Position numbers and translations under genes: made by a program
In this document: positions 8,638 to 17,791 of the stretch, piece after piece
Layout: each line of letters opens with the position of its first letter
Position numbering within the stretch: the first letter of the stretch is position 1
Assembly: GCA_944392815.1 (NCBI GenBank)
Contig: CALXXY010000002.1
Span: forward strand, 64,001 to 128,000
Direction of reading: 5' to 3'
Origin: an uncultured Alphaproteobacteria bacterium
Lineage (GTDB): Bacteria; Pseudomonadota; Alphaproteobacteria; Rs-D84
DNA length: 64,000 nt
The notes under the pieces: model-generated
What the model was told of the DNA's origin: nothing
The model's database searches: none
What the model saw: the letters and a program-made list of their open reading frames with translations, nothing else

Positions 8638-9543
8638 TTATTTCGCTGTATTTAACAGCAATTCAAAATTGTACTGACTGCATTCTGCCGGTTTTCCATC
8701 ACCCTGCCACTTGTCACACGCGTCCTGCAAATCTTTCAGCGCACTGATAAACTTGTTAAATTGTGCAGAATCCTGATTACGCAACGCGCGCAGTTGCGCT
8801 TCTAACTGTGCATCGCTGCCCTCGGCATATTGTTTTTGCCCCATAACATCGCCGCCAATCAGACGATTTCCAAACAATTCCATGGCACCAACCCCAACGC
8901 CAACACCACCAACAACACCACCAACAGTCGCCCATGTGCGCCCCGAACGTTTGGCGTCCAAAATACGTTGCCGCAGAACATCTGCATCGGCCCAACTGCC
9001 ACAGGTAATAGTTTGCCCCATTTGATAATAACGTGTTGGAACATCGGACACATCGATTCTGGCATCAGACGAGGTCACCCCAACCAACACAAAACAAACG
9101 TTGTTTTCAGGATTATTAACATCTTCGACCATGGTTGCGTAATTAGACGTATTGCTGTACCGCGACGCCCAAACAAAGGTATTACCAACCCCGATATTAT
9201 TACTTAAACATGCCTGTTTTTGGCGTTCAATTTCGGCCAACACATCGTCATTATCATCGCCGCCGGTACCGCCCTGATTATCATCGCCGGTATTTCCAGA
9301 ATCGCCACCGCCCGACACACCACTATAATCCGTCGCCGGCACACGCACACTGGATTTATCGACCACTGCGGCCCCAGCCCCAGCATTTGCCATATCAGAA
9401 ATTTGATTGGTTGACGCAGTTGCGCGCGGTGCACTCATCACCATCTGTGACGTCATAGACCGCCGCGATTGCCCAGCGGACGTCACCGCCATCGCCGGCA
9501 CAGTTATCAAACAAATCGCAACCCAGGAAATTAATTTTTTCAT
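8638..9543 (-). CDS. Secreted hypothetical protein with glycine zipper
   Basis: Sec signal (...PAMA), G/D-rich linker, Cys pairs, TVGGVVGGVGVGVGAMELFG. Confidence 0.8.
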   Translation of the reverse strand: MKKLISWVAICLITVPAMAVTSAGQSRRSMTSQMVMSAPRATASTNQISDMANAGAGAAVVDKSSVRVPATDYSGVSGGGDSGNTGDDNQGGTGGDDNDDVLAEIERQKQACLSNNIGVGNTFVWASRYSNTSNYATMVEDVNNPENNVCFVLVGVTSSDARIDVSDVPTRYYQMGQTITCGSWADADVLRQRILDAKRSGRTWATVGGVVGGVGVGVGAMELFGNRLIGGDVMGQKQYAEGSDAQLEAQLRALRNQDSAQFNKFISALKDLQDACDKWQGDGKPAECSQYNFELLLNTAK

Positions 9544-9645
9544 CTCTCGTCCCCACTACACTTTATGCCATTATACCACAAAACGGGCAAAAAATAAAGA
9601 ATAAAAGCACTAAAACAACACGCCGCAAACGCGGCGCACATTAAA

Positions 9646-10254
9646 TTATTTTTTCCACTTCCATTCTATTTTGGATTCCGTCCCACGCACCAGTCGGCCG
9701 ATATTCGCCCTGTGACGCCACAAACACAGCAACGCGATTGCCAAAAACGGCCACCCAACATTTACATCTATGACAAAACCCAACACCGGCATCAGGCAAA
9801 ATGCCACCACCGCCCCCAGCGACGAATACCCCGACGACAGCGCCACAATCAGCCATTCCACACCACAAATAACAAATGCCAACGGCGACACAGACAACAA
9901 CACCCCAAACAGCGAAGATATTCCCTTGCCCCCGCGAAAACGCAACCAAACCGGATAGCAATGCCCCACAATCGCCGCAAAACCGCACCACGCAGCAAAC
10001 GCCACATCGCCCACAGCATAACCGATACAAACCGCGGCAATGGCCTTGGCCATATCCAGAATCCATGTTGCCGCCGCTAAACGCAACCCACCAACCCGCA
10101 AAACATTTGTTGCGCCAATATTACCACTGCCAACCTGGCGAATATCGCCATGACCTGTGATTTTGGTTAAAATCAACCCCATCGGAATCGATCCCAATAA
10201 ATAAGAAATTAGCAACGCACCCACCGCGATACACACAAAAGAAACTGATATCAT
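9646..10254 (-). CDS. plsY: Glycerol-3-phosphate acyltransferase PlsY
   Basis: YLLGSIP, GSGNIGATN, GHCYPVWLRFRGGKG, HRANIGRL. Confidence 0.96.
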   Translation of the reverse strand: MISVSFVCIAVGALLISYLLGSIPMGLILTKITGHGDIRQVGSGNIGATNVLRVGGLRLAAATWILDMAKAIAAVCIGYAVGDVAFAAWCGFAAIVGHCYPVWLRFRGGKGISSLFGVLLSVSPLAFVICGVEWLIVALSSGYSSLGAVVAFCLMPVLGFVIDVNVGWPFLAIALLCLWRHRANIGRLVRGTESKIEWKWKK

Positions 10255-10327
10255 TTTATTTTTCCTTGATTTTATGTTTGTTTTCTATAAAATATCAAAA
10301 AACATTGCTAAATAAAAGGAAAATAAA

Positions 10328-10588
10328 GTGGCAAATCACAAGTCATCTAAAAAAAGAATTTTGGTTACGGAAAAGAAAAACGCCGTAAATAACTCTCGTC
10401 GCAGCGTGGTGAAAACCGCCGCAAAAAAAGTATTGGTTGCCGTTGAATCCGGCGACAAAGCCGCGGCCACAGCCGCTATGCGCAACGCAGAAAGCAAAAT
10501 CATGAAATCAGCGGGCAAAGTTATGCCGAAAAAACGTGCCGCACGCAAGATTTCACGTCTGACAAAACGCGTTGCCAAAATGGCGTAA
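10328..10588 (+). CDS. rpsT: 30S ribosomal protein S20
   Basis: ANHKSSKKR...N..RRS.VKT..KK...AARKISRL; GTG start with AAGGA RBS. Confidence 0.95.
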   Translation: MANHKSSKKRILVTEKKNAVNNSRRSVVKTAAKKVLVAVESGDKAAATAAMRNAESKIMKSAGKVMPKKRAARKISRLTKRVAKMA

Positions 10589-10602
10589 TAATTCAAAATT
10601 CC

Positions 10603-10635
10603 AAAAAACGGGGCCCCGCCCCGTTTTTTTATTCC
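10603..10635. terminator. Terminator hairpin, copy 1 (duplicated at 11161-11192)
   Basis: AAAAAACGGGGC-ccc-GCCCCGTTTTTTT-ATTCC. Confidence 0.8.
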
Positions 10636-10658
10636 GCGCTTATGCGCGGGATTTTATT

Positions 10659-10723
10659 ACCGTCACGGGCTAAAGTTCCCCTCTGCGGAGGGGTGGCGCG
10701 CTTTGCGCGACGGGGTGGTCATT
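10659..10723 (+). repeat. 65-bp direct repeat copy 1 (REP-like double hairpin)
   Basis: Matches 11068-11132 with one mismatch; CCCCTC-tgcg-GAGGGG and CGCGC-ttt-GCGCG hairpins. Confidence 0.9.
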
Positions 10724-10861
10724 GTGGCCATTGTACCCCACCCCCCGACGGTCTGACGACCGCCACCCCCCGCCCTGGAACCACCCACGCAAACTATGTT
10801 TGCGCGGGGCCCGGTCGGCGGTGGGCATTCAGGTGCGACGATGTTCGGGCACTCTATTCCC

Positions 10862-11004
10862 TGTCATTCCCGCGCAGGCGGGAATAGGGTCTATTAAATT
10901 CGTATCGCAGATTTTGTAATAATAAAAACACAACACAGAATTATTTCCCCGATTAAATAACTAATAACAACCCAAGCCCTATTCCCGCCTGCGCGGGAAT
11001 GACA
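10862..11004. repeat. Inverted pair of 28-bp RS3/CGTC-type REP palindromes around an 87-bp AT-rich spacer
   Basis: TGTCATTCCCGCGCAGGCGGGAATAGGG (10862-10889) and its exact reverse complement (10977-11004); core ATTCCC-N8-GGGAAT. Confidence 0.9.
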
Positions 11005-11067
11005 AGTTAAGAGAGTAAGCGCGTTTTCTTGAATGCTCTATCTCCAATGGAGGGGAACCGGGGACGC

Positions 11068-11132
11068 ACCGTCGCGGGCTAAAGTTCCCCTCTGCGGAGG
11101 GGTGGCGCGCTTTGCGCGACGGGGTGGTCATT
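11068..11132 (+). repeat. 65-bp direct repeat copy 2
   Basis: Matches 10659-10723. Confidence 0.9.
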
Positions 11133-11133
11133 A

Positions 11134-11158
11134 TCTACACTCTACACTCTACACTCTA
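11134..11158 (+). repeat. Heptamer tandem repeat (TCTACAC)x3.5
   Basis: tctacac tctacac tctacac tcta. Confidence 0.85.
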
Positions 11159-11160
11159 AT

Positions 11161-11192
11161 AAAAAACGGGGCACCGCCCCGTTTTTTATTCC
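11161..11192. terminator. Terminator hairpin, copy 2
   Basis: AAAAAACGGGGC-acc-GCCCCGTTTTTT-ATTCC; overlaps the stop codon of the 11186-11470 ORF. Confidence 0.8.
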
Positions 11193-11470
11193 ATACTGTC
11201 GTCGTATACGGAATATGTTGTGCCGTTATAATTTATCTTTAATGGGCCGTCAATGCTCGTGCTCATGTTGCCATAGAACACGTCGCCGTTAATCCCAACG
11301 TGCAGTGCGCGATCTGTTTTCTTGTCACTGCGCAGATAAATCTTTTGTGAACCTATGTTCAACACGCGGCCAAAATCACCCAAATTTATAAATACGCACA
11401 AAACTGCTGTCGCTGGCGCCGATTGAACCACTGCCACCCGCGCGAAAATATTATATTTTTGTTCCGGCAA
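11186..11470 (-). pseudogene. Probable orphan 3' fragment of a larger gene (beta-rich C-terminal module)
   Basis: TTG start without RBS just past the secretin terminator; the last ~60 aa look protein-like (GRVLNIGSQKIYLRSDKKTDRALHVGINGDVFYGNMS...YSVYDDSME). Confidence 0.5.
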
Positions 11471-11478
11471 AAACGAAC

Positions 11479-11506
11479 AAAAAATCCCCCATTCGGGGGA
11501 TTTTTT
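11479..11506. terminator. Terminator after secretin gene
   Basis: AAAAAATCCCCC-attc-GGGGGATTTTTT. Confidence 0.85.
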
Positions 11507-13133
11507 AATTCAACGGCGCACCCCAATGTTGCTGTATGGTGCGTTCGGCGTCCATCGGGCTGACCAACACCTGGGGCGTCAAAATCACAACCAGCACATC
11601 ACGCGTGGCGGACGTTTCGCGCGACCCAGACAACGCCATAAAGTCCGGATCACCCAATCCATAACGCGTATCGTTGCTTTCCTGTTTTTCAAACCCAGAC
11701 ACAACCAGCATTTGCCCAGATTCCATAATAACCTCTTGCATGAAACTGCGTTCTTCGACCTCGGGCAATTGCAGGGTCACTTCGCCAATTGTCTGGGTTG
11801 ACATACGCAACAATTCACGCACAGACATTCTGAACAACAGCAAAATTTTGCCATTTTCCAAAACATTCGGCAACAGTTGCATTGAAAAACCTGTTTCCAA
11901 ATCGTCCTGGTCAACGGTACTGGATTCAACAGTCGTGAAATTACGCGATTCAAAACGTTTAATATATCCAGTTGTACGGGTGTTATTCACAGGCGCGACA
12001 CGATTATTACGCGTTGTCACACCAACGTTTGTCACCAAAGAAACCTTGCCCTGTTTGGCCAACGCCTGAATCAACGCGTTTGTCCCGGCCAATCCAGACA
12101 AAGACCCATTTTGAATTTGATCCTGGGTATATGCACCGTCCACAGTGCTGCTGCCCTCTTGATGGGTGGCGCCGGTCATTGCGGACACAGTATTTGACAA
12201 CACCGCGATGTTCATCGAACTGGCATCTGTATTCGACAGATTATTTTTCGGATTGGCAACGATATTCAGCCCAGACGCCGAATTAATCGCCGCGGCCAAA
12301 TTCAACCCAAACGCAGAATCGTTGGAAATCGACACCTGTAATACTTTGACATCAATTGTCACCAGTTGCGACAACCGTTTATTTTGACGAGCAATATAAT
12401 CACCCACACGTGCCAACGTTGACGGTGGCGCTGTCACAGTAATCGTGCCCAAACTGCGTGAAACTGTAAACGACGAATTATTCGCATCGCCAATGATTGT
12501 TTCCAGCGCACTTTCGATTTCGTCCCATTCCTTTAACGTGGATTCCAAAGACACCGCATTACCGTCGCTGGTTTCAACTGCTGTCTGATACGATACGTCC
12601 GTCCCCAGCGCATACAGCGTAAATGTTTTTGTTTCTGTTTCATAAAACACAATTGACGTTTTGTCATAATACCACAGCAAATCTAAATCCGTCGCGATTT
12701 GCGACAACAGCCCAGACAAACTGCCGGTATATGCAACATTAATTGTTTTCTTTAATTTTTCAGAATCTATTTGATTATCAATTTTAACCGGAATCCCAGT
12801 AATTGACGTAATATCATTTGATAATGCCGTCAACGTCACAGGCGAATTCAACAAAATCGTAATTCCCGTACTGGATTCAAATTGCGATGGCAAATTATTG
12901 CGATGCGCCAACACAGTCGACGACGCACCCAACCAAACACCTTCGGACATGGAAACAGTGTCGCCACTGGCAACCTTGGCCGGGGGATTTTTCGACATTT
13001 CAAACGCATCGTGTGCATTGATAAAATCCTGGTCCACAGATGCCGCAACCTTGGCCGATTCCTTGGTGGCGCACCCCGCAACCAGCAGTCCCAAAACGCC
13101 ACACATAAATAAATATTTCATCGGATTGGTCAT
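11505..13133 (-). CDS. Lipoprotein secretin, type IVb pilus PilN/BfpB/TcpC-like
   Basis: Lipobox LVAG-C; GTITVTAPPSTLARVGDYI; secretin motifs ALAKQGKVS, TGFSMQLLP, QEVIMESGQMLVVSGF, VVILTP; GAGGAG RBS. Confidence 0.85.
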   Translation of the reverse strand: MTNPMKYLFMCGVLGLLVAGCATKESAKVAASVDQDFINAHDAFEMSKNPPAKVASGDTVSMSEGVWLGASSTVLAHRNNLPSQFESSTGITILLNSPVTLTALSNDITSITGIPVKIDNQIDSEKLKKTINVAYTGSLSGLLSQIATDLDLLWYYDKTSIVFYETETKTFTLYALGTDVSYQTAVETSDGNAVSLESTLKEWDEIESALETIIGDANNSSFTVSRSLGTITVTAPPSTLARVGDYIARQNKRLSQLVTIDVKVLQVSISNDSAFGLNLAAAINSASGLNIVANPKNNLSNTDASSMNIAVLSNTVSAMTGATHQEGSSTVDGAYTQDQIQNGSLSGLAGTNALIQALAKQGKVSLVTNVGVTTRNNRVAPVNNTRTTGYIKRFESRNFTTVESSTVDQDDLETGFSMQLLPNVLENGKILLLFRMSVRELLRMSTQTIGEVTLQLPEVEERSFMQEVIMESGQMLVVSGFEKQESNDTRYGLGDPDFMALSGSRETSATRDVLVVILTPQVLVSPMDAERTIQQHWGAPLN

Positions 13134-13167
13134 TTTTTTGTTCTCCTCGGGTCCCATGCAAATATGA

Positions 13168-14073
13168 CTATTCTTCTGTTGTTGAAATCACCAGAACACG
13201 ATTGCCCTTGTAAAATTTCGCATACGGAATTGGTGTCGCGCGCGCAAAATTACGCACCAACGCAGATGCCACATCGACAAAGCGTCCCTTGAACACAGCG
13301 CTGGCCTCTATGGGATATTCGCGCGATGTCGCCCAAACCAAATCCCAGCCCTCTTTATTACACCAATCTTGCAAAACCTGGCGCAAAGTTTGCCCATTGG
13401 CAACAACCCACGAACGCACCTGGTCGGTCAGGTTAACTGGTGCCTCGGCATCAGCAGAAATATCCACCGCAATTTCCGCATCCAGCGATTCCGCCTGCTC
13501 GTTGGCGGCGGCGATTTCTTCCTCACTCATGCCGAACTTGGCCATAAATGCCTCGTACCCATCGCGATAGTTATTACAATCCTGGCGTCCGCTGCGCGAC
13601 ACAGACAACACGGTACCCCCGTCGTCCTCCAGCATTTCACGGGACAGCAACGGCATTTCGGCGCCACTGGCACACGGGTCGTCAAACCCGGCCGGCACCT
13701 GGGATCCATGCAACATATTTGCGCCACCGGACCACCCGTTAAAATCACCGTCCGTCATGCGCCCCAGATTGAAATTATTTTCCACAACCAAATCCGCACC
13801 AATTTTTGACACAATGCGAATATTATCATCATTTTCGCCGCCCGAACATGTGCCATCATCGCACGCAATCGCAACATCAGCGTCCGACCCCGCGATTGGC
13901 CACACAGGAATTTCATTTTGAACATTCACATCAACCGTTTGCGTTTCCGTCACGATTGGGGTTGTGTCATAGTAAACCTCGGACGTGACGATTTGGGGCA
14001 ACTGTGTTTCTGCGGCAAAACAATATCCGGCCGCGGCTGCAAACATTGCGACAATTAAAAATTTGCGGAACAT
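13168..14073 (-). CDS. Secreted protein with C-terminal TcpQ domain (type IVb pilus PilL/TcpQ-like)
   Basis: Signal peptide, acidic linker, W...GQTLRQVLQDWCNKEGWDLVW...YPIEASAVFKGRF...FYKGNRVLVI. Confidence 0.8.
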   Translation of the reverse strand: MFRKFLIVAMFAAAAGYCFAAETQLPQIVTSEVYYDTTPIVTETQTVDVNVQNEIPVWPIAGSDADVAIACDDGTCSGGENDDNIRIVSKIGADLVVENNFNLGRMTDGDFNGWSGGANMLHGSQVPAGFDDPCASGAEMPLLSREMLEDDGGTVLSVSRSGRQDCNNYRDGYEAFMAKFGMSEEEIAAANEQAESLDAEIAVDISADAEAPVNLTDQVRSWVVANGQTLRQVLQDWCNKEGWDLVWATSREYPIEASAVFKGRFVDVASALVRNFARATPIPYAKFYKGNRVLVISTTEE

Positions 14074-14239
14074 AAAAACTTCCTTTCCTGAATGTGTTAT
14101 TACATTTATTACATATTATTATAACAACTTGACCGAATCTGTGCAAGACGAAAACGCACCCCCGCAAAAGATAAAATCGCACGAATCGGCAAAAGATGCT
14201 ATACTGAACCAGATAACAAAAAATCATATGGGGTTATAT

Positions 14240-14788
14240 ATGTCAGAAACGTTAATTATTGCCGGAATTGCCGTTGTTTTATTGATTCAATTTGTATTGC
14301 TGTATTTTGCATTTACTGCGAACACACGCATGCGCGACATATCAAAAACATTAACGTATCAGTATAACTTGATTGTAAAAATCCAATCTGTATTAAAAAA
14401 TAAATCTGCGACAAATGCCGTCGCTGAAAATTCAGAAATGATTTACCAGGATTTATTACAAAATCTGATTCCGATTATGGCGGCAATTGACATTATGCCC
14501 CGCAATACGAATGAACACCCACTGTGGCGCGCATTGGGCGGCATTATGGACGAATACGCAAAAAATCCATTTGCATTGGAAAAATTACGCAGATGTATAA
14601 AACTGGACGCGGAAATCGCCCGCAGTGTCGACAACTATATGAACCGCGCGGACGCATTTTTGCACCACTTGACGACCACAGATCCCGATGGCATACTGGC
14701 TGGGACATTTACAGACGGTCTGTTGGGGCAATCATTAACATTTTTTGCCCAGGCAAAACAACTGGCCGCACAAACAACCGAACAATAA
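14240..14788 (+). CDS. Hypothetical single-pass membrane protein
   Basis: ATG 14240 after GGGG; N-terminal TM then helical domain; ends 3 nt before sufB. Confidence 0.7.
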   Translation: MSETLIIAGIAVVLLIQFVLLYFAFTANTRMRDISKTLTYQYNLIVKIQSVLKNKSATNAVAENSEMIYQDLLQNLIPIMAAIDIMPRNTNEHPLWRALGGIMDEYAKNPFALEKLRRCIKLDAEIARSVDNYMNRADAFLHHLTTTDPDGILAGTFTDGLLGQSLTFFAQAKQLAAQTTEQ

Positions 14789-14791
14789 CAG

Positions 14792-16123
14792 ATGCCCAGG
14801 TTATGTGAAAAAACTATTCGTGAAATATCTGCCGCCCGTGATGAACCCGCGTGGCTGCTGGATTGGCGCATGGCGGCATTTCACGCATGGAAAAAAATGC
14901 AGGAACCACACTGGGCGGAAATTGACTATGCGCCCATTAATTACGATGAATTAAATTACTATAACGAACCACGCCCAATTGATAATTCAGACCTGCGGGA
15001 AACATATGAAAAAATGGGACTGCCGGAACGCGAACAAAACGCATTACTGGGCATGGCAACGGACACCGTCATCGACAGTCGTTCTGTTCACACATCATAC
15101 ACAGACGAATTAAACAAATTGGGCATAATATTTCTGCCGTTTTCAGACGCAGTCAAACAACACCCCGATATCGTCAAAAAATATCTGGGCACAGTCGTCC
15201 CCGCCACGGACAATTTTTTCGCGGCCCTGAACGCGGCGGTATTTTCAGACGGCACGTTTGTATACGTGCCACCAAACACAACCTGCCCCATTGATTTGGC
15301 CAGTTATTTCAGAATCGAAACGGCCAAAATCGGCCAATTTGAACGAACATTAATAATTGCGGACACTGGCGCCAAATTAAGTTATATGGAGGGCTGCAGT
15401 GCCCCCCGTCGTCCCAACCACCAATTACACAGCGGTGTTGTGGAAATCATCGCGCACGCGGGCGCAACTGTAAAATACGCCACTGTGCAAAATTGGTATG
15501 CCGGCGATTTATCCAACAAAAACAAAACATCGGGTGGCATATTAAACTTCGTCACAAAACGCGGCAAATGCGATGAAAACGCCCACCTGGATTGGACCCA
15601 GGTTGAAATTGGCGCGGCCATGACATGGAAATATCCGTCCACTGTTTTGGCGGGCAATGGCGCCCAATCTGATTTTTATTCATTGGCCATAACCCGCGGC
15701 GCGCAACAGGCCGACACAGGCACCAAAATGATTCACATTGGCGATAACACAATATCTAATATAGTATCCTATGGCGTGGCATTGGACGCATCGCGCCAAA
15801 CATTTCGCAGTTTGGTCAGTTTTACCGGTCACAACGGAAAAAACGCATCAAAATGCGACACGCGCCTGATTGGGTCAAATGCGGTGGCAAACACCCTGCC
15901 AACAATCGTGCATGGCAACGCTGATAATCAACAAAGTCACGAGGCCACCACCGGCGCCATCGACATACACCAATTACAATTTTTAATGGAATCAGGAATT
16001 GATGTCGACACAGCCACCGCCCTGATAATCGGTGCCGCGGCTGCGCCTGTTATATCACGATTACCGATGGAATTTTTGGTTGAATCAAAACAGTTAATTC
16101 AAATGGCATTGGAACGAAAATGA
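14792..16123 (+). CDS. sufB: Fe-S cluster assembly protein SufB
   Basis: EPAWLLDWR, DNFFAALNAAVFSDGTFVYVP, GQFERTLI, YMEGCSAP, NFVTKRG, QQADTGTKMIH. Confidence 0.96.
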   Translation: MPRLCEKTIREISAARDEPAWLLDWRMAAFHAWKKMQEPHWAEIDYAPINYDELNYYNEPRPIDNSDLRETYEKMGLPEREQNALLGMATDTVIDSRSVHTSYTDELNKLGIIFLPFSDAVKQHPDIVKKYLGTVVPATDNFFAALNAAVFSDGTFVYVPPNTTCPIDLASYFRIETAKIGQFERTLIIADTGAKLSYMEGCSAPRRPNHQLHSGVVEIIAHAGATVKYATVQNWYAGDLSNKNKTSGGILNFVTKRGKCDENAHLDWTQVEIGAAMTWKYPSTVLAGNGAQSDFYSLAITRGAQQADTGTKMIHIGDNTISNIVSYGVALDASRQTFRSLVSFTGHNGKNASKCDTRLIGSNAVANTLPTIVHGNADNQQSHEATTGAIDIHQLQFLMESGIDVDTATALIIGAAAAPVISRLPMEFLVESKQLIQMALERK

Positions 16124-16812
16124 AAAAAAATTATATTTTGGAAATAAAAAATTTATCAGTGTCACTGAACGGCAAACCATTGCTGACGGACATTAATATG
16201 TCGGTCGCGCAGAATGCGCGTCATCTGTTGGCGGGCCGGAACGGTTCGGGCAAATCCACCCTGGTCGCCGCGATATCCGGCAACCCGGAATATACAGTTG
16301 ACAACGGCACTATCATTTTCGATGGCCGCGATATAACCCACGAAAACACAACCACGCGCGCATTGTTGGGGATTTTTGTCGGCGCACAAAACGTGCCCGA
16401 AATTCCGGGGTTAACGGTGCTTTCTTTCCTGAAACACAGCGCGTCTGCACACCATCATTTTAACACAGGTCGCGATTTATCCATGGGCGAATTTTTAACC
16501 CAACTGGAATCTGTACGCACAAAACTGGACATTCCCAAAGAATGGCTGAATCGCAGTATCAACGTCGGTTTTTCTGGCGGTGAACGGAAACGATTAATGT
16601 TATTACGCCTGATGATGACCAATCCAAAATTTGCAATATTGGACGAACCTGATTCCGGGGCGGACACAACTGTCCAGCGGCAAATTGTGGACACAATACG
16701 CGAAATGCACGACACAACATTTTTATTCATCAGCCACCAAAAAAACTTTACAGATTTAATTCAACCGTCGGACATTACAACTTTGTCGAATGGCAAAGTT
16801 ATGATAAAATAA
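16120..16812 (+). CDS. sufC: Fe-S assembly ATPase SufC
   Basis: GRNGSGKST, NVGFSGGERKR, ILDEPDSG; overlaps sufB stop. Confidence 0.93.
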   Translation: MKKNYILEIKNLSVSLNGKPLLTDINMSVAQNARHLLAGRNGSGKSTLVAAISGNPEYTVDNGTIIFDGRDITHENTTTRALLGIFVGAQNVPEIPGLTVLSFLKHSASAHHHFNTGRDLSMGEFLTQLESVRTKLDIPKEWLNRSINVGFSGGERKRLMLLRLMMTNPKFAILDEPDSGADTTVQRQIVDTIREMHDTTFLFISHQKNFTDLIQPSDITTLSNGKVMIK

Positions 16813-16843
16813 CCATAATGACATTATTTTAATGGGGGAAAAT

Positions 16844-17746
16844 ATGGCACATAAAAAATCACAATCTGTTTTGTCATGGACACTGTGGCACCCGATAAAA
16901 TTCGCGTTGATTGCATTTGTGTTCATTGTGTTGATTACAGCATTATTGGGCATATTTAACACAGGTGACGTCGGTTGGCCGATTTCTGCCGGGGTATTAA
17001 CGGCAATTTTGTTGGCGGCACTGATAACATTCCGCACAATGCCACGCACCAACATGGACAGAACAGGATTTGTCGCACTGAATAATTTACAAATTCCAAT
17101 CGTCACAACTTTGTTTTTAATTTCAGCATTGGCCATAGACACATATCGACATCAAATCACCACACAATTAACATGGCTAAGCATTACAAACAACGCATTA
17201 TTAATAGCAATCATAATATTGGCGGGATTATTTTATATGTACCTGTGCGGTGTATTTTTCACAAATGTGTATGCGAAATATTTACGCTGTCGCGATATGG
17301 GCCTGGCACCATGGAAAATTATTTGCTCTATGCCATTTGGGTTCGGATTACTGTGGATACCGGGATATTTTCTGGCCGATAAAAACAAACCAACACCGGC
17401 CGTCACCATAAACACAACATGGTATTCTAAATTTACCAATTGGCTGGCCGCATCGCCGGCATATACAACATTGGCGTTTGTGCTGATTACAATTTATTCA
17501 GGTTTTTTCTATGGTTTTAATATGGCAACATTGACCATGATATCGGCGGTCATATTCGCATTATGGTACCGTATTGCCGGCCTGTCATCGTTCAGGGGTC
17601 ACATGAAAAAACAATATCCATACGTTGCAATAGTGGCAAATATTTTGACCATTATCGGCCTGATGATATTTTTCACTTCATCGGTAAACTCGGCCGCAAA
17701 TATCGCAATGAACATCAGCGATATTGCACCAACAAACGTACAGTAA
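16844..17746 (+). CDS. Multi-pass membrane hypothetical protein
   Basis: About 8 hydrophobic segments; start placed at ATG 16844 after GGGGG. Confidence 0.75.
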   Translation: MAHKKSQSVLSWTLWHPIKFALIAFVFIVLITALLGIFNTGDVGWPISAGVLTAILLAALITFRTMPRTNMDRTGFVALNNLQIPIVTTLFLISALAIDTYRHQITTQLTWLSITNNALLIAIIILAGLFYMYLCGVFFTNVYAKYLRCRDMGLAPWKIICSMPFGFGLLWIPGYFLADKNKPTPAVTINTTWYSKFTNWLAASPAYTTLAFVLITIYSGFFYGFNMATLTMISAVIFALWYRIAGLSSFRGHMKKQYPYVAIVANILTIIGLMIFFTSSVNSAANIAMNISDIAPTNVQ

Positions 17747-17781
17747 AAAACGCGCTGGATACACGCCCACGCGGCACACAG
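17745..17781 (+). repeat. Intergenic copy of the AAAAAACGCGCTGGATACA-N7-GCGGCACA element
   Basis: 19-nt and 8-nt exact matches, with identical spacing, to 22421-22454 inside gatB. Confidence 0.75.
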
Positions 17782-17791
17782 GGGGAACAAC

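Noticed and set aside
10603-11192. CRISPR array
   Set aside because: Repeats occur only twice each, in mixed orientation with irregular spacing; no cas genes.
10642-11242. ORFs 10642-10887, 10722-10919 and 11033-11242 with a shared peptide
   Set aside because: They are translations of the DNA repeats; no RBS or protein-like composition.
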